Of a stretch of 64,000 bases of DNA, positions 36,282 through 46,778 are shown in pieces. The position numbers and the translations under genes were made by a program. The notes below the pieces were generated by a model. It was not told the origin of the DNA and did no database searches. It saw nothing but the letters and a program-made list of their open reading frames with translations. The stretch is from Gemmatimonadales bacterium. Its GTDB lineage: Bacteria; Gemmatimonadota; Gemmatimonadetes; Gemmatimonadales; GWC2-71-9. How positions within the stretch are numbered: position 1 is the first letter of the stretch; every line of letters starts with the position of its first letter. The stretch spans positions 608,001 through 672,000 of the forward strand of contig JBBCJC010000005.1 of NCBI GenBank assembly GCA_037189525.1. The letters run 5' to 3'.

Positions 36282-37564
36282 GTCGACGTGTGCTTGCTGC
36301 CATCGTGTTCCTGACGTCGGGGCTGCTGGCTGCTCCGGCTGGTGCGCAAGAGGCCCTCCTGCTCCGCGAGCCCACCATCGTCGACGGACGCGGTGGCGCG
36401 CCGGTGACCGGGCATAGCGTGCTGATCCGCGAGGGGCGGATCGTGGCAATCGGCCCGGTCGACCGCCTCGACACCGGCGGTGCACGCATCATCGACCTGC
36501 GCGGCAAGTATCTCCTCCCCGGGCTGATCGACACGCACCTGCACAGTCCGCCCGATTCGGGAGCAGTCGCGGCCCGGATGTCATGGCTCTTCCGGAACGG
36601 CATCACCACGGCGAGGGACATGGCCGCCGATGCCCGCATCCTCGGCGTCGTGGCCAAAGCAACCGAACCGGCCAATGTCGCAAGCGCCCGGCTACGCTAC
36701 ATGGCCTTCTGGGCCGGGCCGTCCTTCTATCAGGTCGACAAACGCCCGATCGGCTCCACCCAGGGCAAACCGCTCGGTACGGTACCGTGGTTCCTGGCGG
36801 TGGCCAGCGCCGAGGGACTCGATCACCATGCTGACGAGGCCGCAGCGCTCGGCGCGCACGCGCTCAAGCTCTACACCGATCTGCCGGCCCCAGTTTTTCG
36901 GGCCGCCGTGGCGGCGGCCCATCGCAGCGGCCTGCTCGCCGCAAGCCACGCAGCGGTCTTTCCCCAACGCCCCAGCGCCGTCATCGCCGCCGGCGTCGAC
37001 GCCATTTCCCACTCCGCTCTTCTGGTTTGGGAAGCGGTCGACTCACTGCCGTCCCGCTTTCATACCGAGCCGCATACTAACTTCGGCCCGATCGGACCCT
37101 ACGCGCGCGTCCCTCCTGACGAACCACGGATCATCGCCGTGCTCGACAGCCTGCAGCGCCGCGGCACCATCCTCGATGCCACCGTACTCGCGATCGAAAA
37201 GGGCATCTCGCCGGAAGCATCGGCCTGGTCCTTGCGGGTGACCGCGCTGGCCCGGCAGCGAGGAGTGGCCATCAGCACCGGCACCGACCGCCCCGAAGCG
37301 CCCGACCCGAATCGACAGCCGGCACTGTTCGACGAGATCGAACTGTTGGTCCGCCAGGCCGGCTTCACACCGAGCGAAGCGATCACTGCCGCGACCTTGA
37401 ACGGCGCGCGCGCGATCGGCATCGCCGCCGATTACGGCACGATCGAAGTCGGCAAAGTGGCCGACCTCGTCGTCCTCGATGCGGATCCGACGGCTAACAT
37501 CGCGAACCTCCGCCGCATCTCAGCGACGATCAAAGCTGGAATGGTCTACACCACAATACCGTAG
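36278..37564 (+). CDS. Secreted amidohydrolase family protein
   Basis: GKYLLPGLIDTHLH; GITTARD; LKLY; GTD; GTIEVGKVADL. Confidence 0.9.
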   Translation: MSRRVLAAIVFLTSGLLAAPAGAQEALLLREPTIVDGRGGAPVTGHSVLIREGRIVAIGPVDRLDTGGARIIDLRGKYLLPGLIDTHLHSPPDSGAVAARMSWLFRNGITTARDMAADARILGVVAKATEPANVASARLRYMAFWAGPSFYQVDKRPIGSTQGKPLGTVPWFLAVASAEGLDHHADEAAALGAHALKLYTDLPAPVFRAAVAAAHRSGLLAASHAAVFPQRPSAVIAAGVDAISHSALLVWEAVDSLPSRFHTEPHTNFGPIGPYARVPPDEPRIIAVLDSLQRRGTILDATVLAIEKGISPEASAWSLRVTALARQRGVAISTGTDRPEAPDPNRQPALFDEIELLVRQAGFTPSEAITAATLNGARAIGIAADYGTIEVGKVADLVVLDADPTANIANLRRISATIKAGMVYTTIP

Positions 37565-37721
37565 CACCCGGTCAGACAGCCCGCTGTCGCGACACGAATC
37601 GACACGGTCGACGATGTCGATTCGTTACACGTCACCCCACGCCTCTTCGCACAAGTCTTTTACCGAGCGCCCTTTGGCTGCTCGACCTCGGCTGGCGCGC
37701 CGATTGCGCCATTCCCCCACC

Positions 37722-38192
37722 ATGAAGCGCGTCCTGCTTGCCATCCTGCTGACGGGATGTACGGTCAATCCGGTCGAAACGGGCCGGGAAGAGCTGTATT
37801 CCGGCTACTTCCTGTCTCGCGTCGACGATCAGTTCCTGCCTGTGCAAACCGGAGAACAGCCCGAAGGCATGATCCTGACGGGTGGATTCATCGGCTTCCT
37901 GAACGGCACGGCCAGGTACGACTCACACGGCGAGCGCATCGTGAGCGGTCTCGTCCGCCGCTCGAGCGTGGTACGGCCAGCTGGCGGTGGCGCCGAGACG
38001 CTCCAGCAGATCGAGCTGGAGTATCAGTTCAGCCAAGGCATCCTGCGGATCGATCTCTGCCCGCCAGAAGCCAATTGCCTCGTGCCGGCCGAACTGGTCG
38101 GTCCTGCCGACACCGACCAGCTCGAACTGACCCTGATGTTGAACGGTACGGCCCGGTCGAGCTATCGCTATCATGCCGCCCTACCGGATTGA
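37722..38192 (+). CDS. Hypothetical lipoprotein
   Basis: MKRVLLAILLTG|C lipobox. Confidence 0.7.
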   Translation: MKRVLLAILLTGCTVNPVETGREELYSGYFLSRVDDQFLPVQTGEQPEGMILTGGFIGFLNGTARYDSHGERIVSGLVRRSSVVRPAGGGAETLQQIELEYQFSQGILRIDLCPPEANCLVPAELVGPADTDQLELTLMLNGTARSSYRYHAALPD

Positions 38193-38232
38193 TGCACCGA
38201 CGCAGGCCTCAACAGCAGTCGTGTGAGCGCGG

Positions 38233-40779
38233 CTACCGATTGATCCAATAAGACATCTTGAGCAGGAAGGTGTTCGTCGCCGGGGTCCGGAACAGCGCGC
38301 CCAGATCGCCGGAGAAGGAGCGCTCGCCGTAGCGCGTTTCCCGGTCGAAGCGGCCGTGCTGCCAGACCAGAAAGATTGCCGACCCCGGGCGATACTCCCA
38401 TCGCACCACCGCATTCGATCGAAACTGTTTGACGTTGAACTCGGCCGGATCGCCGGCGCCCGCGTACGGACGATACCGATCGTCATAGTCGGCGGCCCGG
38501 GGATCGGCCAGCTCGCGAATATTGCTGAAACGTCCCTTGCTGATGAACGGCTGGAGATACAACTGGACCGTCAGGTCCGGTGACGCCGTGTAGTCCACCC
38601 GGCCAACCACACTGGCCGTTCGCTGCGTCAGACGCCCGAAGGTGTAGTGCGTCGCCCCGCCGGCATCGACCACATTGTCATACCACTGGCGATCATCTTC
38701 GTTCCATCCGAAGCCCAGGCCCAGCGATGAGCTCCACCGGCTCGACACCCGGAAACGCATCGACGGGTCGATGCTGTACGATCGGCTCCGACCACCGTCC
38801 CGTCCGCCCGTGCTGAACCACAGGGATGGAATGATCACCATCCTGCTGTCGCCCTCGATACCGCCCCAGGCGGATTGGAAATTGTCCGTGCGCACCGCCG
38901 GACCGCCCCGAGCGCAGCGATCACAGTAGGCCTCACCCAGTCCGCTCGACGTTACCCCGCCATGAAGCCACCAGTTGTTCGGGAACGAGAAGTGCACGTT
39001 GGTATTGAAGGATCGCTCCAGCAGCAGCCCCTCCGTGTTCCACTCGCTCGCCTGATTGAAATTCCAGAACAGCTGGCGGAAAAACGGCCCGGGTTGGTTG
39101 AAGGCGAGTTGCATCCAGGTTGCCTGCGCCTGCCAGTCGGCCCGGCGGAGAAACCCCAGGTCGTTGATCTCGAACCCGGGCGAGACCCGCTGATAGCTCG
39201 TCTCGAACCGAACCTTGCCTCCCCCGACCTTGGCCAGCCGCAGTTGCTGGGCAGTGCCCGACAGGCTCGTCCGCGTAGGGTCGAAGCTCAACTCGGCGTC
39301 GGGACGCTGGAAGTAGTGCACGGAACTGGTCTGAGTCGCCGCGATGGATGCAGGATCGCCGGCCACGCGCGACCCGATCAACTGGCCCGACAGTTCGAAC
39401 TGATTACGTGCAAAGCGATGCCGGAAATCGACGCCGCCCACCACTGCGCTCGACCTGAGCGCATCCTCGGTCCAGCCGTCGTTGGCCCGCTGCACCATGG
39501 TGCCGATCACGCCGATGCCGGAGGCGCCCCGCCGGAAATCTTTGGTGAGACGTGCGACGGTGTAGCTGGTGCGCGGTTCGATGGTTCGGTCGCCGGTGCC
39601 GACCTCGCGCCCCGTCACCGCTTCGAGCAGGCCAACCGACCAGCCACTGGGCGTTCGCCCCGTCAGCTTGGCAGCGCCGAGGATCGTCGTGCCCGTCGGT
39701 GAGGTGGCGTCGCCGTAGCGATCCGAGAGCGAGGGCGCCCGGCCGATCCGCCGCGAGTAGAACAGCATTTCGTTGCCGCAGTCCCGGACGACATAACAAT
39801 TGACCCGCATGCTGAGCAAGCTGCCGCCCTCGATGAAGAAAGGGCGCCGCTCTCCGAAGAACGTCTCGAACGCCGTGAGGTTGAGCTGCGCCGGATCGGC
39901 CTCGACCTGCCCGAAGTCCGGATTGACGGTCGCATCGAGCGTCAGGTTCGACGACACCCCGAACTTGAGGTCGACGCCGCCCGCCAGTCGCTGCGGATGC
40001 CGGGCTCCGGTACCCTCGAAGACCGTCTCGTTCTTGGTGAGCAGATACGGGCTGATCTCCGCCCGCCGCGGCGACGGCAGCCCCTCGAAGCCGGTCACCT
40101 CACCCAGCTGCGACGCGATCCCCGCCTGATTCCGCTGAAAACTCGGCCAGCTGACCCGTTCCTTATGCCGCTCGATATCCCGCCAGATCCCGACTCCGAA
40201 GGTGTGGCTGTCCGCCGCGCCGTAACGGAGTTGCGACAGCGGAATCCGAAACTCCGCCGTCCAGCCGAGCGAATCGACCGTCGTCCCGACATCCCAGACG
40301 CCGTCCCATGCGACGTCCTCGTTGGAATCGTTGTAGAGAGAAAAGTCCAGCTTGACGCCCGCCGGATTGACCGCAAATTGAAATCCCGACCGGCGATCGT
40401 GATAGGAGTCGACGATGACTTTGACCTGATCGGTCGGCCCGCGCACATCTCGGCGCGAGAGCAGCCGGAGCAGCTTATCGGGCTCCGGGTCGAACATTCG
40501 GACAAAGATGTAAAGGTTCCGACTGTCGTACGCGATTCGGGCCTCGGTCCGGTACCTGGGTACCTTGCCCTCGATCGGTTCGAACTCGTAGAAGTCGGTA
40601 ATCGGAACGGCGACCCGCCAGATCGCGTCGTCATCGCGCCCGTCGACCAGCGGACTCTGATCGGCGCGCACGGCAGCGGCTCGCCGTTCGGGCGGTGCCG
40701 CTGCAACATGCGCAGCCGGAATCACGGCTGTGGCCTGAAACAGGCCAATGGATAGGGCTACCAGCATCCGGTCGTCCAA
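38233..40779 (-). CDS. DUF5916 / CBM9-like N-terminal domain outer-membrane protein
   Basis: VDGRDDDAIW; GWTAEFRIPLSQLRY; TVNPDFGQVEAD; ERRPFFIEG; FYSRRIG; RWEYRPGS; FLLKMSYW. Confidence 0.9.
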   Translation of the reverse strand: MDDRMLVALSIGLFQATAVIPAAHVAAAPPERRAAAVRADQSPLVDGRDDDAIWRVAVPITDFYEFEPIEGKVPRYRTEARIAYDSRNLYIFVRMFDPEPDKLLRLLSRRDVRGPTDQVKVIVDSYHDRRSGFQFAVNPAGVKLDFSLYNDSNEDVAWDGVWDVGTTVDSLGWTAEFRIPLSQLRYGAADSHTFGVGIWRDIERHKERVSWPSFQRNQAGIASQLGEVTGFEGLPSPRRAEISPYLLTKNETVFEGTGARHPQRLAGGVDLKFGVSSNLTLDATVNPDFGQVEADPAQLNLTAFETFFGERRPFFIEGGSLLSMRVNCYVVRDCGNEMLFYSRRIGRAPSLSDRYGDATSPTGTTILGAAKLTGRTPSGWSVGLLEAVTGREVGTGDRTIEPRTSYTVARLTKDFRRGASGIGVIGTMVQRANDGWTEDALRSSAVVGGVDFRHRFARNQFELSGQLIGSRVAGDPASIAATQTSSVHYFQRPDAELSFDPTRTSLSGTAQQLRLAKVGGGKVRFETSYQRVSPGFEINDLGFLRRADWQAQATWMQLAFNQPGPFFRQLFWNFNQASEWNTEGLLLERSFNTNVHFSFPNNWWLHGGVTSSGLGEAYCDRCARGGPAVRTDNFQSAWGGIEGDSRMVIIPSLWFSTGGRDGGRSRSYSIDPSMRFRVSSRWSSSLGLGFGWNEDDRQWYDNVVDAGGATHYTFGRLTQRTASVVGRVDYTASPDLTVQLYLQPFISKGRFSNIRELADPRAADYDDRYRPYAGAGDPAEFNVKQFRSNAVVRWEYRPGSAIFLVWQHGRFDRETRYGERSFSGDLGALFRTPATNTFLLKMSYWINR

Positions 40780-40834
40780 GCGGGGAACGACCGTTAGACT
40801 CCTCCTGTCCGCGAAACGTTGCTTGGCTCTGGCC

Positions 40835-42244
40835 CTACTTGCCGTTGTTGGAAAAGTTGATCAGCCGCCCGACCAGGACGTCGAGCGCGGTGCCGGTGCG
40901 CCCGCCCTCGTCGTACCCGTTGGTCGTGGCGATGACCGCCAGGCCGCGGCCAAGTCCAACCCACGCCACCGAATGATTGGTCGTGTTGCTGCCGCTGTGG
41001 GTCACCGTTCTGCCGTTGGCCCATGAACGGGTCGTCGTGATCCACCCGATCGCGTAGAGATCGGACGAGCTGGCCGAGAGTGTGGTAATGCCGGTGGTGA
41101 GGTGCCGGCCGCTGGCGGCGCTGATCAACGCTCCCGAACCGCCATCAGCTTTCATCATCTCTTGAATCACCCGCGCCCAATCGCGGATCGGCATATGCGC
41201 CCGACCCGCTGCCGACAGCCCCGGCGGGTTGTCGCAAGCCTCGCAGGCCACCCAGGTGTTGTTCTGGAACCGATGCGCCACCGGCTGATCCTGCGAACCG
41301 GCCGGCGCCTGCGGCCCCCAGCCGGCGCCGTTGACACCCAGCGGACCCCAGAGATGCTGCTGCATCAGGTCTTCGTAGGTACCACCCATGGCCCGCTCGA
41401 TCATGGCGCCCGCAATCACGAACCCGACATTGCTGTAGAAATAGGTGCCGTAGCTCACCGCCGGCGCATTGGTCAGACCATATCGCGCCAGCAGTTCGCG
41501 CTGCTCGCGGGCCGTGTTTGCGGCATACTGCGGCGTGCCGGGATCGTTGCGCACTCCACTTCGGTTAGCCAGCAGATCCTGCAAGGTGACGTTCTGGAAT
41601 TCGGCCCGGATCTGAGCCGACCACTCGGGGAACCAATCGACCACCTTGGCATCCCAGGTGATGTCTCCCCGGTCGACCGCAATCGCAGCAAGCGCGCCCG
41701 TCTGCGCCTTGAGATTGGAACCGATGTGCCACTTGTCGTCGATGGTGACTCGCGCCGTGCCTCCCGCCCGGCGGAACCCGCCGACCCCGGCACGAATCTC
41801 GGTGAGCGAGATGATGGCGCCTGCCATGGCCGGCATGTTGTGCGCCGCCCGCACCGAATCCACGATCCGATCCAGACTCGGCGCTTTGACCTCGATCTGG
41901 GCCGTTCCGTTCACCGATCCCGACGTTGCGGTGATCGTCGCCGTGCCGGCGCCGACCGCCGTGATGACGCCGCTGCCGCTCACCGTGGCGACCCCCTGGG
42001 CATTCGAACCCCAGGTAAAGGTCGTGGCCACGGCAGCTCCGCTGGCCGAGCGCCCTTCCGCCTGCGCGGTAACCGTCATACCGGGATAGAGATCACCACT
42101 CGGCACCGACACGGCAACCGTGGCCACGGCGGCAGGCGGGGGTGGCGGCGGGGGCGGTGGAGGCGTCGGACCCGACGGCCCACCCCCTCCACACCCGGCA
42201 GCGACGAACACACCGGCGGCAACCAGCCAGGCGCGATTGATCAT
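40835..42244 (-). CDS. Lipoprotein: poly-Pro linker, Ig-like (Big_2) domain and serine hydrolase domain
   Basis: VAAG|C; Pro run; WGSNAQGVATVSGSGVITAVGAGTATITAT; GSNLK; YSNVGF; HSGSNT. Confidence 0.88.
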   Translation of the reverse strand: MINRAWLVAAGVFVAAGCGGGGPSGPTPPPPPPPPPPAAVATVAVSVPSGDLYPGMTVTAQAEGRSASGAAVATTFTWGSNAQGVATVSGSGVITAVGAGTATITATSGSVNGTAQIEVKAPSLDRIVDSVRAAHNMPAMAGAIISLTEIRAGVGGFRRAGGTARVTIDDKWHIGSNLKAQTGALAAIAVDRGDITWDAKVVDWFPEWSAQIRAEFQNVTLQDLLANRSGVRNDPGTPQYAANTAREQRELLARYGLTNAPAVSYGTYFYSNVGFVIAGAMIERAMGGTYEDLMQQHLWGPLGVNGAGWGPQAPAGSQDQPVAHRFQNNTWVACEACDNPPGLSAAGRAHMPIRDWARVIQEMMKADGGSGALISAASGRHLTTGITTLSASSSDLYAIGWITTTRSWANGRTVTHSGSNTTNHSVAWVGLGRGLAVIATTNGYDEGGRTGTALDVLVGRLINFSNNGK

Positions 42245-42329
42245 GGGTTCCTCCTCAAAGAACGAGGGCGAATATGTAGGATGTGACGCGCAATCCGAGC
42301 CCGATCAGGATCACACGATGCCGCCCGAC

Positions 42330-43106
42330 TCAATATCGGAGCGCGAGCCAGACGAAACTTCCAAGACCGACCGCCACGACCGCCCGGTGGACCCAGACAG
42401 GACCGACCCGCTGCGCCAGCAATGATCCGCCGTAGCCTCCCGCCAGACTCCCGATCGCCATCGCAAAGGCCACCGGCCACAGCACCACGCCACCACCGGC
42501 AAAGAGAAGCCCGGCCGCGATGGTCGTCAGCAGTCCGCCCCAGGACTTGAGGCCATTCATCTCATGGATGTCGGTAAAGCCGAGGATGCCGAGAACGGCC
42601 AGCATGATGATGCCCATCCCCGCGCCAAAGTACCCGCCATAGACGCCCACGAGGAACTGGGATACGATGAACGCCGGCCCCGCTCGAACCGCCTGGTGGG
42701 CCTCTCCCGATGCGCCCTGGCGCCGGCGGAGCCATCGCACGACCGGCCCCTGAACCATGAAGAGCGCGGTCGCACCGAGGACCAGGAACGGTACCACGCG
42801 GCTGAAGGTCTGTGATCCGGTCACCAGCACGAGCCACCCGCCGGTCAATCCGCCCAGCACGCTCGGCACGCTGAACGGAACCAGCCACGATCGGTTCCGG
42901 GCGAGTTGCGCCCGATAGCCCCAGGCGCCGCCTAACGCGCCGGTCAGGAGCGACAGGCGACTGGTGGCGTTGGCCACCAGCGGATCGACTCCCAGCGCGA
43001 CGATCATCGGGAAGGTCACCAGCGTCCCTCCGCCGGCCACCGAATTGATGGCCGCGCCGAGGGCCGCCGAGAGGGCGGCGATGAAGAGGACACCGGCCTC
43101 GGGCAC
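42330..43106 (-). CDS. TauE/SafE (TSUP) family membrane transporter
   Basis: INSVAGGGTLVTFP; ANATS; GVYGGYFGAGMG; start at GTG 43106. Confidence 0.9.
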   Translation of the reverse strand: MPEAGVLFIAALSAALGAAINSVAGGGTLVTFPMIVALGVDPLVANATSRLSLLTGALGGAWGYRAQLARNRSWLVPFSVPSVLGGLTGGWLVLVTGSQTFSRVVPFLVLGATALFMVQGPVVRWLRRRQGASGEAHQAVRAGPAFIVSQFLVGVYGGYFGAGMGIIMLAVLGILGFTDIHEMNGLKSWGGLLTTIAAGLLFAGGGVVLWPVAFAMAIGSLAGGYGGSLLAQRVGPVWVHRAVVAVGLGSFVWLALRY

Positions 43107-43108
43107 GC

Positions 43109-43369
43109 TTATCCCCGCATCCGGCGAACGACGGTATTGGGCGACCAGGTGGTTCGGACCCACCGGCCGGCCGCATCCAGCACCGCCACCGTCACGGACC
43201 CGCTGCCTCGGCTCACCACCTTACCTTCGAGCGAAAGGCCGTCGACGAAAAAGCGGTCGCCCGAGGCCAGATCGTTGACCGCACAGGGCGGATCCAGCCG
43301 GACTTCGAGTCCGAGCGTGAGCTGCGCGGTCGGGCCGCGATCGGCGGCCAGATGGTAGATATCGCCCAT
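43109..43369 (-). CDS. Small hypothetical protein
   Basis: 86-aa ORF ending 2 bp before the TauE start; fills the gap; no recognised motif. Confidence 0.5.
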   Translation of the reverse strand: MGDIYHLAADRGPTAQLTLGLEVRLDPPCAVNDLASGDRFFVDGLSLEGKVVSRGSGSVTVAVLDAAGRWVRTTWSPNTVVRRMRG

Positions 43370-43471
43370 GACGGCAGGGAAAGTAATTAAGTTTGGCCAC
43401 GCTCGCGGTCCGGTCGTGGCCGGCCGTGGCGCACACCGTCAATGTCGTCTCTCACTTCGATGGGCTCTCTC

Positions 43472-44653
43472 ATGTCCAACCGCTCCCTCGGACCGTCGAC
43501 GCATGCCGTTTGGGCCGGCGAAACCGATCGCGACAATACCGCACACGCTACGCAGGTACCGATCGTCCTCAGCGCCTCGTTCGGCTATGCCGACCTCGAT
43601 CAATGGCGCGACGTGGCCACCGGCAAACGACCGGGGCACAACTACAGCCGGAATACCAATCCGACCGTGGCGGTGCTCGAGGAGAAAATCCGGATTCTGG
43701 AAGGCGGCGAAGCGGCCACCAGTTTCGCGAGCGGCATGGCGGCGGTCAGCGGCACGCTCTTCGGATTGCTCAAGCCGGGCGATCGGGTCGTCACGGTCAA
43801 GGATACGTACGGCGGCACGACCCGTCTCTTCATCGAATTCCTGCCGCGATGGGGCGTGACGGTGCGACAGGTCGACACCACCGACCACGACGCCATCGAG
43901 CGTGAGATCCGGGCCGGCTGCACCCTGCTCTATCTCGAAACGCCGACCAACCCGACGCTCAAGGTTCTCGATATCGAGCGGCTGGCCAAAGCGGGACACG
44001 CCGCGGGCGCCATCGTGGTGGTCGACAACACTTTCGGCACCCCGATCAACACCAACCCGCTCGCGCTGGGCGCCGACCTGGTACTCCACAGCGCCACCAA
44101 GTTCCTCTGCGGCCACGAAGACGCCTTGGGCGGAGTGCTCACCGGCAAGGCCGAACTGATCAAGCAGGTGTATCAGTACCGCGAGATCCACGGCGCCGTG
44201 CTGGGAGCGGATGCGGCATATCGCATCATCCGGGGAATGAAGACGCTGGCGCTCCGGGTGCGGCATCAGAACACGTCGGCCCTGGCGATTGCGACCTTCC
44301 TGTCGCAGCACCCCGCCGTGGCGCGCGTCTTCTATCCCGGCCTGCCAAGTCACGAGGGCCATGCGATTGCCCGGCGGCAGATGCGCGGCTTCGGCGGCGT
44401 GCTGAGTTTCGAACTCGCGGCCGGCGGCAAGGATCTGAAGCGATTCCTGGGCGCCCTCGGGATCGCGTACTGCGCACCGAGCCTGGGCGCGGTACAGACG
44501 CTGGCGGGCGTGCCGGCCACGACCAGCCATGTCGAGTGTACCGCGGAAGAGCGGGTCGCCATGGGTATTCCGGAAAGCCTGGTGCGCTACTCGGTGGGCA
44601 TCGAAGACACGGACGATCTGATTGCCGACCTGTCGGCCGCGCTCGGAGGCTGA
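43472..44653 (+). CDS. Cys/Met metabolism PLP-dependent enzyme (cystathionine gamma-synthase/lyase family)
   Basis: YSRNTNPT; FASGMAA; LETPTNP; VDNTF; HSATKFLCGH; SLG; VRYSVGIED. Confidence 0.95.
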   Translation: MSNRSLGPSTHAVWAGETDRDNTAHATQVPIVLSASFGYADLDQWRDVATGKRPGHNYSRNTNPTVAVLEEKIRILEGGEAATSFASGMAAVSGTLFGLLKPGDRVVTVKDTYGGTTRLFIEFLPRWGVTVRQVDTTDHDAIEREIRAGCTLLYLETPTNPTLKVLDIERLAKAGHAAGAIVVVDNTFGTPINTNPLALGADLVLHSATKFLCGHEDALGGVLTGKAELIKQVYQYREIHGAVLGADAAYRIIRGMKTLALRVRHQNTSALAIATFLSQHPAVARVFYPGLPSHEGHAIARRQMRGFGGVLSFELAAGGKDLKRFLGALGIAYCAPSLGAVQTLAGVPATTSHVECTAEERVAMGIPESLVRYSVGIEDTDDLIADLSAALGG

Positions 44654-44655
44654 CC

Positions 44656-45333
44656 ATGCCGAGCACGTTCCGCTGGAGCCCGATGCTGTTCGCGTTGGGC
44701 GCAGCCGCCCTGCTCGGTGCCTGCGCAAAGCGCGACCCGCTGTTGAGCCCTGCGCCGAAAGAGCTCAGCCGCGCGGCACCGGACAGCTTCGATGTCCGGG
44801 TCGAGTCGAGCCGCGGACCGTTCGTCATCCGGGCTCGGCGCGACTGGAGTCCGGCCGGGGTCGACCGCTTCCACTATCTGGTGCGCAACCGCTACTACGA
44901 TGAGACGCGATTCTTTCGGGTCGTGAGCGGTTTCGTGGTGCAGTGGGGCATCCCCGGTGTCCCGGCCGTTGCCGCCGCCTGGGAAAATCGCACCATTCCG
45001 GATGAACCGGTCAAGGCGAGTAACGTGCGCGGGCGGCTCTCGTACGCGCGTGGAGGCCCCGACACCCGGGGCACTCAGCTGTTCATCAACCTGGCCGACA
45101 ATGCCCGCCTCGACTCGACCGGCGGCTTCGGCTTTCCGCCGATCGGCGAAGTGGTCGATGGTATGGCAGTGGTCGATTCGCTCAACGCGGAGTACGGTGG
45201 GACCAACACGGACCGGAAGCCCGGACCATCACAGGCGGAGATCCGGTCGGAAGGCAATGCCTATCTGACTCGGGAGTTCCCGCGCCTCGATTTCATTCGC
45301 ACGGCCCGGATCGTACGGAGCTGGCGAAAATAA
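44656..45333 (+). CDS. Cyclophilin-type peptidyl-prolyl isomerase, lipoprotein
   Basis: LLGA|C; FFRVVSGFVVQWG; GTQLFINLADN; GEVVDGMAVVD. Confidence 0.92.
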   Translation: MPSTFRWSPMLFALGAAALLGACAKRDPLLSPAPKELSRAAPDSFDVRVESSRGPFVIRARRDWSPAGVDRFHYLVRNRYYDETRFFRVVSGFVVQWGIPGVPAVAAAWENRTIPDEPVKASNVRGRLSYARGGPDTRGTQLFINLADNARLDSTGGFGFPPIGEVVDGMAVVDSLNAEYGGTNTDRKPGPSQAEIRSEGNAYLTREFPRLDFIRTARIVRSWRK

Positions 45334-45335
45334 GA

Positions 45336-45908
45336 TCAGCGGGGCTGCGCAGGCTGATAGACCCTGCGCCATTCGAGCTTGCGCACCCCTCCCTCCGCCG
45401 TGATGTCGACCACCAGCAAGCCGCTGGTCGGATCGACCCGATAGCGCTCCTTGACCGTCATCCGCCCGGCTTTGCGCTCGAGTTCCAGGCGGCCGTCCTT
45501 CCAGCGCGCCGTCGTTCGGGTGACCACAGCGCCGACGGTATCGACCGACGCCCGTTTGCCGTCCAGGAAGAGCGTCTCCGGCGGCCGCAGATCGGCGCCG
45601 ACTGCGATGGTCGAATCACTCAGCTCGATCGCCAGTTGCCGGGGCGCCCGAAACTGCTCGAGCAACTCCCGCGTCTCGGCCGGCGACCGTTCCTCCCGTC
45701 CACCAAACCGACCCCGAATGCCCCCGGCGCCAGGCTGGAGCCCGCCACTCCGCCGACGCCCGAGTTGGTCGCCGGGCTGCTCACTCCGGTCCGGATCGAA
45801 GCGCCATGAGCCGGCCAGGGTCGGCACAGAATCGGTCGGCCCCGGCCGTATCTCGGCCTGACCAGTGGCAATCGACGTCAACGTCAGTACCGTCAACAGC
45901 AGCATCAT
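45336..45908 (-). CDS. Hypothetical secreted protein
   Basis: Signal peptide; LAGSWRFDPDRSE; Gly/Arg-rich loop; ends RRVY. Confidence 0.7.
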   Translation of the reverse strand: MMLLLTVLTLTSIATGQAEIRPGPTDSVPTLAGSWRFDPDRSEQPGDQLGRRRSGGLQPGAGGIRGRFGGREERSPAETRELLEQFRAPRQLAIELSDSTIAVGADLRPPETLFLDGKRASVDTVGAVVTRTTARWKDGRLELERKAGRMTVKERYRVDPTSGLLVVDITAEGGVRKLEWRRVYQPAQPR

Positions 45909-46032
45909 GAATCACTCGGAATCTGGAAACACCTGCGGGACCTGAACAGTACCAGGACAGACGGAACCGGGCAGCCAATGTTAAGCCCGCAATGCAGAGC
46001 GACGATCGAGGCGGTACCACCCCGCACTGCCG

Positions 46033-46683
46033 TCATTTCGCCCCGCCCCGATGGGACGTCCGACCTGAACGCCGCGGACGCCGACTCGAGACCGGCACGC
46101 GGCGATACGGACCAAGCGCGATCGCGAGATCGCGCCGCAGCCAGACCTCCGGCGTCCCCTCGCGGAAGAAGGCATGCGCGAGCATCGACCCGCTCACGAC
46201 CGCATGCACCAGCCGGGCCAGCGCGTCGGCATCGGTATCGTCACGGAGTTCTCCCACGCTGACCGCTTCTTCGATCCAGCTCACCAGCGCCCGCCGAGTG
46301 GCCACCGCATGTTCCCGGACGTGGGCAAACATCTCGGGATCGGTCAGATCCAGTTGCAGGTAGGCCAGGTGGTGCGCCAGCGTTGCCGGCGTCTCGGCCA
46401 TCCCGGCCACGCTCGCTGCGTATGATTCCAGCGCGCCAAGCGGCGATCCTGCCTCGGCACGCAGGGCGCGAAGCATCACGTCCGCGCCCCCCGCAAAGCG
46501 AGCGGAAAAAGCGCGCATCAGGCCCAGCTTCGAGCCGAAACGCTGGACCAGCGCGCCGGCCGTAATCCCGGCCTCCCGGCCGACCAGCGCCAGAGTCAGT
46601 TCGGCGGGCTCGACCCGACCCATAACCCGATGCAGCGCATCGAAGACGGCGTCGTCGGATACCTTACGCGGACGAGGACTCAC
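46033..46683 (-). CDS. TetR/AcrR-family regulator
   Basis: RPRKVSD...LTLALVGREAGITAGALVQRFGSK. Confidence 0.9.
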   Translation of the reverse strand: MSPRPRKVSDDAVFDALHRVMGRVEPAELTLALVGREAGITAGALVQRFGSKLGLMRAFSARFAGGADVMLRALRAEAGSPLGALESYAASVAGMAETPATLAHHLAYLQLDLTDPEMFAHVREHAVATRRALVSWIEEAVSVGELRDDTDADALARLVHAVVSGSMLAHAFFREGTPEVWLRRDLAIALGPYRRVPVSSRRPRRSGRTSHRGGAK

Positions 46684-46718
46684 CGGGCTGGCTCAAACAT
46701 CATGGGACTTGACCATTT

Positions 46719-46759
46719 TCTAAATCGTCGTTTAGATAATAACTATATCGTCGTTTAGA
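46719..46759. promoter_or_regulatory. Paired palindromic operators between tetR and the SDR gene
   Basis: TCTAAA-TCGTCG-TTTAGA (46719-46736) and aCTAtA-TCGTCG-TTTAGA (46742-46759), 23-bp period. Confidence 0.75.
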
Positions 46760-46778
46760 ATCATAACGGGAGGGAGCC

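Noticed and set aside
42135..42167. G-rich low-complexity tract as a contingency repeat
   Set aside because: It encodes the poly-Pro linker with mixed codons and is not a pure slippage tract.
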